A DNA stretch of 64,000 nt from Bacteroidota bacterium (GCA_040758575.1 JBFLVH010000008.1:35624-99623); one strand, 5' to 3'. Positions 1 to 8,386 are shown, numbered from the stretch's first letter. Translations and numbers: made by a program. Notes: generated by a model from the sequence alone, not told the origin.

Positions 1-98
1 CTATTTAATTTGTTTAAAGATGGGCCCTCTTTTATTGAAAAGTCAGATGATTCAATAAAAAATATTTATAGTTGGAAATAATGATTTAGGTATAAAAA

Positions 99-243
99 AT
101 TGAAAAATTTATACATACCACAATTCTCATGTATAAAAACTATACATATCACCACTCTCATGTATAAAAAATTGAAAAATTTATACATATCATTATTCTC
201 ATGTATAAAAATCTCAAAAATTTATACATATAACATCTTCAAA
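99..243. repeat. Tandem array of AT-rich palindromic units (TTTATACAT-N12-ATGTATAAA), about 72-bp period: three full hairpins plus one half-site
   Basis: Arms at 108-116/129-137, 141-147/160-166 and 180-188/201-209, with a half-site at 221-229. The 12-nt loops are related (accacaattctc, atcaccactctc, atcattattctc). ATTGAAAAATTTATACATA recurs at 99 and 171. Lies just 3' of pepF. Confidence 0.7.
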
Positions 244-245
244 TT

Positions 246-1934
246 TTACATCAAACATTGTTCATACTCTTTCCATACAAAGTCAATTAGTTCCTTAATA
301 TAACTTTCAGAAAAATTAAATTGAATACCTGCTGTTTGATAAATTTCAGGAATGGACTTTGTATTGCCCAAAGAAAGTGCATTTTTGTATGCACTAATGG
401 CTTGGGTTTTATTGTGTTTGTAGTTTTTCCAAATTGCAATGGCTCCCAATTGTGCAAAACCATATTCAATGTAATAAAACGGCACTTCGTAAATATGCAA
501 TTGTGCTTGCCATCTTATCTTCAAAAAACGCTCTATTCCTTTGTGAGAAATATTTTTAGGGGATAAGTGCTTTATTGTATTCAGCCAATAATCATATCTT
601 TCATTGATAGAATGAGAAGGGTTCTCGTATAGCAAATGTTGAAATTTATCAATAGCGGCTATCCATGGCAAAGCATCTATAACGCTTTCTAACTGCTGTT
701 GTTTGGCTCTCTTCAAGTCATTTTCATTTTTGAAAAACACATCCCAATAATCCATACTTATCAATTCCATACTCATACTGGCTAATTCTGCTACTTCACT
801 GGGCGGACTTTTGAAATCTAAAACAGGATAGTGGTTATTCAAAAAGAAATGCACAGCGTGTCCTGTTTCGTGCATAAGTGTTACTAAATCTCTATGTAAT
901 CCAACAGCATTCATAAAAATAAATGGCACACCGCTTTTATACAATGGATATTGATAACCACCCGGTGCCTTGCCAATTCTGGAACTCAAATCCAATCTTT
1001 TAAGACGATGCATTTCTCTTAAACAATCTGCAAAAAAAACATCTATTTGCTCAAAACAACGAATACTTTTCTCAACAAACTCTTCTTCTGTTTCAAATGG
1101 TTTTAAGGGCTCTAAACCATACATATCTACCTGTGTATCCCAAGTATAATAATCGTTTTCAAGTGCTAACTTTTTTTGACGAATTCGGTGAATTTCTTCT
1201 ACAACAGGCACAACAGCTTTTTCAACCGATGTGTGAAACTGTTTGCAATCTTCCACAGAATAATCATATCTGCCCAATGCGGTATGCATATAATCACGAT
1301 AGTTGGCAAATCCTGCATTTTGTGCTACCTGATGGCGTAATGCAATTAACTCATTCAAAAGTTGATTTAATTGATCTTCATCTTGTTGTCTTCTTTCATT
1401 GATGAGATAATATACTTCTTTTCTGATATTACGATTTTGATTTTTCAAATAAACACTGGCTTGTTGTAAGGTCAATGTTTTCCCATCGTATTGAATACTT
1501 TGTTGTCCTGTTATTTCAGCATATTGTTGTTGAAGTTCTTGTATTTTTGTAAGCAGGGGCACATTCTCTTCTCTGAATAATTCAATATCCTTTTTAATAT
1601 TCTTTTTAAATACTGAGAAAACATCTTCTGAAAGTGCATTAAAATAAGGTGATTCAAAAGTTTTAGTATTAATTTTATTTTGAACAATTTGTAAGTGCGG
1701 CTCAATTTCTGTTACGAACTGAATATATTTTTGTTTGAGCACTTCGTCATTTGTATGGCAGGTCATATTTATGTATCTCCATCCGCCTTCTTCTGAAATT
1801 ACAGATAATAACTCATTCCAATCATATATAAATTGCAAATAGTCGTTAAACTCATTAAAATTTCTATTCAATAATTCGTCAAATATTGGTTGTAAATCTG
1901 CCCATTTATCAAATTTAATATCCTGATATTTCAT
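246..1934 (-). CDS. pepF: M3-family oligoendopeptidase F
   Basis: 562-aa ORF with zinc motif HETGHAVH (HExxH). Length and sequence resemble M3B PepF. Confidence 0.85.
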   Translation of the reverse strand: MKYQDIKFDKWADLQPIFDELLNRNFNEFNDYLQFIYDWNELLSVISEEGGWRYINMTCHTNDEVLKQKYIQFVTEIEPHLQIVQNKINTKTFESPYFNALSEDVFSVFKKNIKKDIELFREENVPLLTKIQELQQQYAEITGQQSIQYDGKTLTLQQASVYLKNQNRNIRKEVYYLINERRQQDEDQLNQLLNELIALRHQVAQNAGFANYRDYMHTALGRYDYSVEDCKQFHTSVEKAVVPVVEEIHRIRQKKLALENDYYTWDTQVDMYGLEPLKPFETEEEFVEKSIRCFEQIDVFFADCLREMHRLKRLDLSSRIGKAPGGYQYPLYKSGVPFIFMNAVGLHRDLVTLMHETGHAVHFFLNNHYPVLDFKSPPSEVAELASMSMELISMDYWDVFFKNENDLKRAKQQQLESVIDALPWIAAIDKFQHLLYENPSHSINERYDYWLNTIKHLSPKNISHKGIERFLKIRWQAQLHIYEVPFYYIEYGFAQLGAIAIWKNYKHNKTQAISAYKNALSLGNTKSIPEIYQTAGIQFNFSESYIKELIDFVWKEYEQCLM

Positions 1935-2028
1935 AAAAATTTTTTGCGAAATGTAGTAATTTATATCTTAAATGTTTTCAGTTTTGATATAAGTGTAATC
2001 AGTATATTTAGGCACAGAATTATTAGAT

Positions 2029-2925
2029 ATGTCCATCAGTGTAAAAAATGTTACTAAAATTTATGGTAAGCAAAAAGCCCTGGATAATGTTTCATTTGAA
2101 ATAAAAAATGGAGAAATTGTAGGTTTTTTAGGACCTAATGGTGCGGGCAAAAGCACTATGATGAAAATTATTACAGGATACATTCCCCCAAGTAGTGGAA
2201 TGGTAGAAGTAAATGGTTTAAACATATTTGAACATTCTCTTGAAATAAAAAAACAAATCGGTTATTTACCTGAACAAAATCCTTTGTATTACGAAATGTA
2301 TGTAAAAGAATTTTTAGAGTTTATTGCTAAATTATATGGCATAAAAAGTGTTCATCAGAGAGTGAAAGAAATGATTGATATATGCGGTTTGGAAATTGAA
2401 CAACACAAAAAAATAGGTACACTTTCAAAAGGTTATAAGCAAAGAGTAGGTTTAGCGCAGGCACTTATCCATAACCCATCTGTACTAATATTAGATGAAC
2501 CCACATCTGGTTTAGACCCCAATCAATTAGAAGAAATCCGACAATTAATTAAAACACTTGGAAAGGATAAAACAGTAATGTTAAGCACTCATATTATGCA
2601 GGAAGTAGAAGCCGTGTGTAATAAAGTCATTATTATACATCGTGGTAAAATTGTGGCTTCTGATGATATTCAAAATATTAGAAAATCGGCGGGTACAAAA
2701 AAAATTATTGTTGAATTCTCCATAGCATTGAACAAACAACATTTTGCGGAATTATCGCTTCAAAGCATTGAAAAAATTTCTGATACACAATGGGCTATTG
2801 AAACAACTGATGAAGATATACCTAAAAAATTGATGAACATTGCCATTAAAAATAATTGCAGTATTGTTAGTTTGAATAAGTCAGAAATGAAATTAGAAGA
2901 AGTATTTAAATCTTTAACTCAATGA
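2029..2925 (+). CDS. gldA: Gliding-motility ABC transporter ATP-binding protein GldA
   Basis: Walker A GPNGAGKST, signature LSKGYKQR, Walker B LILDEPTSGLD. The N-terminus MSISVKNVTKIYGKQKAL resembles Flavobacterium GldA as I recall it. gldF-gldG lie downstream on the same strand. Confidence 0.8.
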   Translation: MSISVKNVTKIYGKQKALDNVSFEIKNGEIVGFLGPNGAGKSTMMKIITGYIPPSSGMVEVNGLNIFEHSLEIKKQIGYLPEQNPLYYEMYVKEFLEFIAKLYGIKSVHQRVKEMIDICGLEIEQHKKIGTLSKGYKQRVGLAQALIHNPSVLILDEPTSGLDPNQLEEIRQLIKTLGKDKTVMLSTHIMQEVEAVCNKVIIIHRGKIVASDDIQNIRKSAGTKKIIVEFSIALNKQHFAELSLQSIEKISDTQWAIETTDEDIPKKLMNIAIKNNCSIVSLNKSEMKLEEVFKSLTQ

Positions 2926-3015
2926 TGTGCGGTTATAAAAAATTGATTGTTTTTTTTCAATATTGTCCAAAATGGGTTAATTATTTTTTAAGACAATTTT
3001 ATTTTGAGTGGTTTA

Positions 3016-3050
3016 ATGTTTGTCTTTTGCCTGCGGCAAAAGACAAACAT
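3016..3050 (+). terminator. Perfect 16-bp hairpin downstream of gldA
   Basis: ATGTTTGTCTTTTGCC-tgc-GGCAAAAGACAAACAT. It is GC-enriched relative to its surroundings and has no U-tract of its own. Confidence 0.55.
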
Positions 3051-3058
3051 CTTAAAGA

Positions 3059-3115
3059 CCTCTCCCCTTTAATTCCCCTCTCCTTAAAAAGGAGAGGGGC
3101 TGGGGGTGAGGTTTT
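3059..3115 (+). terminator. Nested GC-rich hairpin followed by a T-run (rho-independent terminator candidate for gldA)
   Basis: Inner stem CCCCTCTCC-ttaaaaa-GGAGAGGGG. Outer stem CCTCTCCCC...GGGGTGAGG has one mismatch. TTTTT follows. Confidence 0.6.
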
Positions 3116-3140
3116 TCCGTGGAAAATATTGGTTTCTTTT

Positions 3141-4001
3141 ATGTTCCTATTGTTTTCTCTTTGTCTATCATTTGCTCAAAATAAAATGGATTCACTTGGA
3201 AGAAAACAAGGATACTGGAAAGTATATTATCCTAATTCCAAACACCTTGAATATGAAGGGTTTTTTAAAGATGATAAACCGCAAGGATTGTTCAAGTATT
3301 ATTATGAACACGATACTATTAAAGCCAAAGTTAATTTTATCAAAGAGGGTAAATATGCTTATGCTACCCTCTATCATATGAATGGAAAAATAATGGCAAA
3401 GGGTAAATATCTGGAACAAAAAAAAGATTCTGTGTGGGAATTTTACAATCAATTAGGACAATTACTCAACAGAGAAAATTATCTGCAAGGTCAAAGACAT
3501 GGATTAAGTATTACTTATTATGACTCAGGAAAAGTATATCAAAAAACACAATATATCTTAAATAAAAAACACGGGTATTTTATTGAATACTTCCCTGATG
3601 GAAAAATAAAAGGAATGGGCTATTACAAAAACGATTTGGCAGAAGGATATTTTGTTTATTATGCGCCTAACGGCACACGAGTTGGACTTATAACTTATCA
3701 AAATGGCGTGAGAAACGGACCTACTGTAATTAAAGATTTAGATGGAAAAATAACTGAAAAAACGCTTTACAAAAACGGTTATCCGGTTAAAAATGAAAAA
3801 GAATCAGAAATGTTTTTTCAACAACATCCTGAAATGCTTCATAATGAATTCGGTCTTGAAAAAGATATAATTAAACTTTTTGAAAACAGAAATGAAAAAT
3901 CATTTTTTATGGATAACATTACTACTGAAAACAAAAATGAACTTCTAAAAAATTTACAGCAAAAAAAATCTAATAATCCTAAACAAAAGATTAAAAAATA
4001 G
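3141..4001 (+). CDS. MORN-variant repeat protein (YwqK-like), secreted
   Basis: Repeated G(Y/L)xKxYYxNGxxxxEGxF-type units (GYWKVYYPNSKHLEYEGFF, GLFKYYYEHDT, HGLSITYYDSGKV, HGYFIEYFPDGKI, EGYFVYYAPNG). ATG at 3141 gives the signal-like MFLLFSLCLSFAQ. The ORF-track start at 2922 runs through the two hairpins. Confidence 0.7.
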   Translation: MFLLFSLCLSFAQNKMDSLGRKQGYWKVYYPNSKHLEYEGFFKDDKPQGLFKYYYEHDTIKAKVNFIKEGKYAYATLYHMNGKIMAKGKYLEQKKDSVWEFYNQLGQLLNRENYLQGQRHGLSITYYDSGKVYQKTQYILNKKHGYFIEYFPDGKIKGMGYYKNDLAEGYFVYYAPNGTRVGLITYQNGVRNGPTVIKDLDGKITEKTLYKNGYPVKNEKESEMFFQQHPEMLHNEFGLEKDIIKLFENRNEKSFFMDNITTENKNELLKNLQQKKSNNPKQKIKK

Positions 4002-4004
4002 ATT

Positions 4005-4028
4005 TAAATGATTCTATAAAATCATTTA
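4005..4028. terminator. AT-rich 9-bp hairpin between convergent genes
   Basis: TAAATGATT-ctataa-AATCATTTA, between the MORN gene stop (4001) and the peptidase stop (4071). Confidence 0.45.
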
Positions 4029-4070
4029 GAAATTTATTAAGATATTTTAAAAGGAAGTTTTTTACTTTAA

Positions 4071-5207
4071 TTAAAATTTACCAAGCTCATCATTTATTAG
4101 TTTAAACATTTCTGTTTCAGTTATTTTGAACTCATAATATATTTGCTTTAAACAACTATCTGCATTATCTTTAAAATCTTTTAATCTCAAAAGTCCTTTA
4201 ATACCAAATTTTTTGTATATTACATTTACTATTAATGCTGAAGACACATAAGCATCAGTAGAATTTGGTTTTTCATTAATTGTTTTGAATAAATTTTTAT
4301 TAAATGGATAGTATTTACTTTTAAATACTTTAAGTAAGTTAGAATAAGATTGATTTAAACTTCCTCCAAAAAATGTTGCTATACCTTCACTTAAAAAATG
4401 CCCTGTTTTTATTTTATTATCAACAACAAGATGCACTAATTCATGTGGATAATAAAATATTCCTTTTCCGGAAATTATCATTTTAGCGTCATAAAATGTC
4501 TTTCCAGTAGTATATCCTGCGTAAAAAAAATTAAATCCTAATAAATACCCTAAACTCTCTGGACTTTTACAAACCACAAAATTCACAGAATCTATTTTTG
4601 CTGAAAAAATATAAATCATACTATCAAGAAAATTTTTTGCTTTTTCCATTTCTAATTCATTTGGGTTTAAAGATGGTTCAATAATGTATTTTATTTTGTC
4701 ATAATTATATTTTTTCCAATTTGCTATTCTTTCTTCAAAAAGATTAAAAAGATACAAATTATTGTTTTGTTTTAAAATTCCAATTTCAACAATTGCAAAT
4801 GGGTTGGAGTTTAAAGATGCATTAGTGTCATTTGGCGTAAAATTAAAATGACAAAATGAGGTAGTTATATAGCAAGTATCACCTTGAGAACTAATAGAAA
4901 GAATATATGGTTTAAAATAATTTAGTAAAGATTTTTGGGGATACTGAAATAGAGATGAATAAAACAATGAGTAGTCATTCCCAAATTGTTTTATTTGAGA
5001 TGGTAGCCAATATTTTTTTCTAATAGAATCATTTTCTTCATACAAAAAATTTATCCAAAAATTCAAATACTCTTTACATGAAGATTGATTTAATGAAATA
5101 CTTGCTAAAGAATGTAAATAAAATTTAGGGGATGAGTTCTCTTTTTCTTGTGAAAAAACAAAACTTAAATAAAAACAAAATAAAATAGAAAATAATATAT
5201 GTTTCAT
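4071..5207 (-). CDS. Secreted HExxH metallopeptidase (peptidase MA-like), last gene of the lanthipeptide operon
   Basis: Signal peptide MKHILFSILFCFYLSFVFSQ. HELVH followed 15 residues later by SEGIATFFGG (gluzincin-like HExxH...E, resembling Peptidase_MA_2). Its start overlaps the lanM stop as ATGA (5204-5207). Confidence 0.6.
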   Translation of the reverse strand: MKHILFSILFCFYLSFVFSQEKENSSPKFYLHSLASISLNQSSCKEYLNFWINFLYEENDSIRKKYWLPSQIKQFGNDYSLFYSSLFQYPQKSLLNYFKPYILSISSQGDTCYITTSFCHFNFTPNDTNASLNSNPFAIVEIGILKQNNNLYLFNLFEERIANWKKYNYDKIKYIIEPSLNPNELEMEKAKNFLDSMIYIFSAKIDSVNFVVCKSPESLGYLLGFNFFYAGYTTGKTFYDAKMIISGKGIFYYPHELVHLVVDNKIKTGHFLSEGIATFFGGSLNQSYSNLLKVFKSKYYPFNKNLFKTINEKPNSTDAYVSSALIVNVIYKKFGIKGLLRLKDFKDNADSCLKQIYYEFKITETEMFKLINDELGKF

Positions 5208-8089
5208 AAAGATTTGTAATCTCTTGGTTTATTTGATGTAGGAGGATGGAGCAGTAAAATAGAGGGCATATTATAATCAAATAATAATTTTAATATATTA
5301 TATGCAATACCAGAATTACCCAAAAACAAACCATTCAATGAAAACTTTCCATTTTTAAATCCAGTTTTCCAATTTAATTCACCAGTAGTATCCTTTTTAT
5401 AAATTTCAAACACAATTTTATTTTTTGTTAAAGTTATTAAATTGTGATTTTTAGTTTTATATCCAATCGCCATTAACGTTTCTAAATTTCCTAACATTCC
5501 ATGACATAAACAATGTGAATGTTCGAATCCTTCTTTAAGAATAGTCCCTTTTATTTTATTCCAGTTAATATCAAAGTTAATAGGCAGAAGATTTTCAATT
5601 TCTAAATAAGCATTTAATATACCAGATGAACCATGGCACCAAGAAGGGGATGTTATTAAAAAATCAGAATATCGTAAATCTCTCCAACCTTGATAACTCT
5701 CAAAAAAATAATTGTTATTATATTTTATAATACTATTTAAAAACATAATATCTTTTTTTGTGTAACCAAATAATTCATAATATTTTGATAGAGCATATAA
5801 AATACCTGCATTACCATGTGCAAAACCAACTAAATATTTAAATTTATTGCATTCCCATGTTATGCCATTGGATGTAATAATTGCTGATTTTAGTATTTTT
5901 TGATATATTTTTTGAATAGGTAGTATTAAAGAATTTAGTTTTTCATTTTTATAGTAGTCAATAAGTAAAATCAATAAACCAGAACATCCATTTAATACAT
6001 CTATAAATGTATCAAATCTTATGTTATTTTTAACATATGGAACTAATTTCTGTTCAAATAATTCATTTAAATTTGTATTTTCAATATCGCCAATTATTTT
6101 ACTATAATGCCAATAAAAATAAAGGGTTGAAAATGGAAAATGGTAAGGTGAAAAAAGATAATATGATTTTGAGGGATTAAAATTTTTAAAAGTAAAAAGA
6201 GATTTATTCATAATAGATTGTGCGACCCTTTTGTATTTTGATTCTTTTGTAAATTTATATAAGTATAAATAAAACAATCCCAATCCATCTAATCCGTCGT
6301 AAATTCCAAAATTTTTCGGAGCAAACTCCCATTGACCAACTCTTCCTACATTAATATCTATCCATTGATATGATTTACCTACACGTATCCTATCATTTAG
6401 TACCTTTTCTGCTATTTGAATAATGTGTTTTTTTATTTTTTTCGTATCATAATTATAAGGTAATGAATTATTGTTTAAACTTTTCTTTTCAAGAATCTTA
6501 TTGTCTTTACTTTGTTCAAATTGATAAAAACACGAAATAGATTTTTCAATATATGAAATTTGATCTTTAATTACAGTATCAGATAATTTGTTTATTCTAT
6601 TAACCATCGAATGAAACCCAGACTTTTTTAAAATATAATACCTGTTGTTTTTATCAAAAATAAATTTTTTAAATGGTTTTGTATAAAATATAGGATAATC
6701 TAAATTTTGTAATTCTTTTATTTCAGATTCAATTAATTCCTTTGGGAAACAATCTTTATCATATGAACTATACAAATAATTCAAAATTTTTATTCTTTTA
6801 GAATAACTTTTTAAATTATCTGGATGTAAACTCTCTTTAAGAATTATATTATAGACATTTGTATGTCTCATTAACACTCTAGTACTAATATTATATTGAT
6901 TAATTAAGCTTTTAACAATGGAAATTAACCACTTTTTATTAATCATAATGAATCTACAACAACTATCAAAACCGTCGCAAATTTTCGAGCACATAACATC
7001 TATGGCTATCTTTTTATCAGATTTACTTGGAATGTGATAAGAATATTTAGGAAAGCTTTGAATTAAGTATTCTATCTTTTTGTTTCTACTAAAAAATAAT
7101 TTTGTGTGTGAAGAATGAATTGCTTCAAGGGATATACCACCAAAATTTAATCCTACATTATCTATTTTATTTGGTGTCCAAAAAGGAAGAAGTCCAGTGC
7201 CAATAACAGATTCTTTATAGTAATTTTCAATTAAAGGATAAGTATCGTTAATTGATGATTTTATTATGGGTTTAAATAAACATTCAGTGTCAATAAAAAC
7301 AGGTATTGTTTTCTTTACAATTATATTATCAGCAATTATATCAGATATTCCTAAAGAATAAAATAGAGCAAGGTATTTTCCAATATTCTCGTAATATAAC
7401 TTAACCCCCTTCTTTGAATTATTAGGTACATAATTAACAAACTCTTCCCAATAATAATTACATTTTATTAGCCTCTTTGGAAATATAAAAGGCAAATTAT
7501 AACCTTTTTCATTAATTTTTCTTATAATACATTCAAAAACTAAACTACTTTCATAAGGTTTTACTTTATATGCAATTTTTGAACCAGATTGAAATATTAT
7601 CACTGTATGTGTTTGACCATTGTTGTGAAAATCACCAATTGGCCATTGAATGGAGATGGGCACACTATCTATACCAAAATAATTCTGGATATCTTTTTTA
7701 TCATTTAAAAATCTGTCAATAAGATCAGAAAAATATTTGACATAATTTTGAATTGAAATATCAAGAATTCTTTTGAGTTGAGGATATTTACTAAAACAAG
7801 AATAAAATAATTCTTTTTTTCTAATAAACAAAATATTCTTGCGACCATCTTTATAAGTATCACTTAAGCTATTATATGTGTAAAGTATGGGAAATTTAAT
7901 TAATTCAAAAATTTGTATTGATATTGCTTCTGAAATAGAATTTATAAACAAAATGAGATTTTCATTATAGTTAATACTTTTTTGAAGTAATATAAATACA
8001 CTATTTTTAATTTCATTAAAATCATTATGACTAATTTCTTCATCAAATTCCTTTCTTAAATATTCATCACTTGAAAAATAAAATTTCAT
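5204..8089 (-). CDS. lanM: Class II lanthipeptide synthetase (LanM): N-terminal kinase-like dehydratase plus C-terminal LanC-like cyclase
   Basis: 961 aa. Motifs: GDFHNNGQTHTVIIFQSGSKIAYKVKP, DIIADN...FIDTE, SVIGTGLLP, RVLMRHTNVY. Cyclase motifs: YDGLDGLGLF, GFAHGNAG (H758), SWCHG (C818), CLCHG (C862/H863). Confidence 0.9.
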   Translation of the reverse strand: MKFYFSSDEYLRKEFDEEISHNDFNEIKNSVFILLQKSINYNENLILFINSISEAISIQIFELIKFPILYTYNSLSDTYKDGRKNILFIRKKELFYSCFSKYPQLKRILDISIQNYVKYFSDLIDRFLNDKKDIQNYFGIDSVPISIQWPIGDFHNNGQTHTVIIFQSGSKIAYKVKPYESSLVFECIIRKINEKGYNLPFIFPKRLIKCNYYWEEFVNYVPNNSKKGVKLYYENIGKYLALFYSLGISDIIADNIIVKKTIPVFIDTECLFKPIIKSSINDTYPLIENYYKESVIGTGLLPFWTPNKIDNVGLNFGGISLEAIHSSHTKLFFSRNKKIEYLIQSFPKYSYHIPSKSDKKIAIDVMCSKICDGFDSCCRFIMINKKWLISIVKSLINQYNISTRVLMRHTNVYNIILKESLHPDNLKSYSKRIKILNYLYSSYDKDCFPKELIESEIKELQNLDYPIFYTKPFKKFIFDKNNRYYILKKSGFHSMVNRINKLSDTVIKDQISYIEKSISCFYQFEQSKDNKILEKKSLNNNSLPYNYDTKKIKKHIIQIAEKVLNDRIRVGKSYQWIDINVGRVGQWEFAPKNFGIYDGLDGLGLFYLYLYKFTKESKYKRVAQSIMNKSLFTFKNFNPSKSYYLFSPYHFPFSTLYFYWHYSKIIGDIENTNLNELFEQKLVPYVKNNIRFDTFIDVLNGCSGLLILLIDYYKNEKLNSLILPIQKIYQKILKSAIITSNGITWECNKFKYLVGFAHGNAGILYALSKYYELFGYTKKDIMFLNSIIKYNNNYFFESYQGWRDLRYSDFLITSPSWCHGSSGILNAYLEIENLLPINFDINWNKIKGTILKEGFEHSHCLCHGMLGNLETLMAIGYKTKNHNLITLTKNKIVFEIYKKDTTGELNWKTGFKNGKFSLNGLFLGNSGIAYNILKLLFDYNMPSILLLHPPTSNKPRDYKSL

Positions 8090-8146
8090 CTCGCACTAAC
8101 TTCATTCATACAACCAGAAAATCCGGTCTAATTATTATCAAATTTA

Positions 8147-8386
8147 CTATTCTAAACCTATTGCAAACTCATATCTATCTACAACAAGTTTGAAACCAGA
8201 TGGAGATTCAGAAATATCAGCCTTTTTTATTTGAACTTTAGGTACATCACTAAAACAACAATGTACAACCGTGCCATCACACCCGCTTCCACTACCAGTT
8301 CCAGATGACCCTAATGCTCCATTGTATCTTTCAACTAGGAATTCTAACTCCTCTTTTCTCATTTTAATTACTTCAGTTAAAGCCAT
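8147..8386 (-). CDS. lanA: Putative lanthipeptide precursor (LanA) with a central Cys/Ser/Thr core and a C-terminal leader-like extension
   Basis: 79-aa ORF 57 nt upstream of lanM on the same strand. Core is SSGTGSGSGCDGTVVHCCFS (3 Cys, 7 Ser/Thr). Leader motif FLVERYNGALG is echoed near the C-terminus as LVVDRYEFAIG. Confidence 0.7.
   Translation of the reverse strand: MALTEVIKMRKEELEFLVERYNGALGSSGTGSGSGCDGTVVHCCFSDVPKVQIKKADISESPSGFKLVVDRYEFAIGLE

Noticed and set aside
1-98. Possible 3' end of a plus-strand gene (in-frame stop at 56-58)
   Set aside because: Fewer than 20 codons are visible, so there is nothing to identify.
99-243. Possible mini-CRISPR array
   Set aside because: The units are self-complementary hairpins with only 12-nt related loops, not direct repeats separated by unique 25-40 nt spacers. 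No cas genes are present.
1983-2010. gldA promoter (TTTG at 1983-1986 and TATATTTA at 2003-2010), and one-mismatch -7 boxes upstream of plsC, aspS, comM, the 31416 lipoprotein gene and lanA
   Set aside because: Each has a mismatch at the conserved final G or the TA, and the spacing is uncertain. One-mismatch matches are too frequent in AT-rich DNA to report as features.
2922-3140. N-terminal 73 codons of the ORF-track entry 2922..4001, apparently overlapping the gldA stop by ATGA
   Set aside because: This stretch reads straight through two strong palindromes (3016-3050 and 3059-3115, the source of the odd LLPAAKDK and SPLIPLSLKRRGAGGEV translations) that look like gldA terminators. A signal-peptide-like start exists at ATG 3141.
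8113-8127. Hairpin between lanA and lanM on the minus-strand RNA (ACCGGA-uuu-UCUGGU), considered as an attenuator setting precursor-to-enzyme stoichiometry
   Set aside because: Only 6 bp including a G-U pair, a 3-nt loop and no U-tract. Too weak to call.
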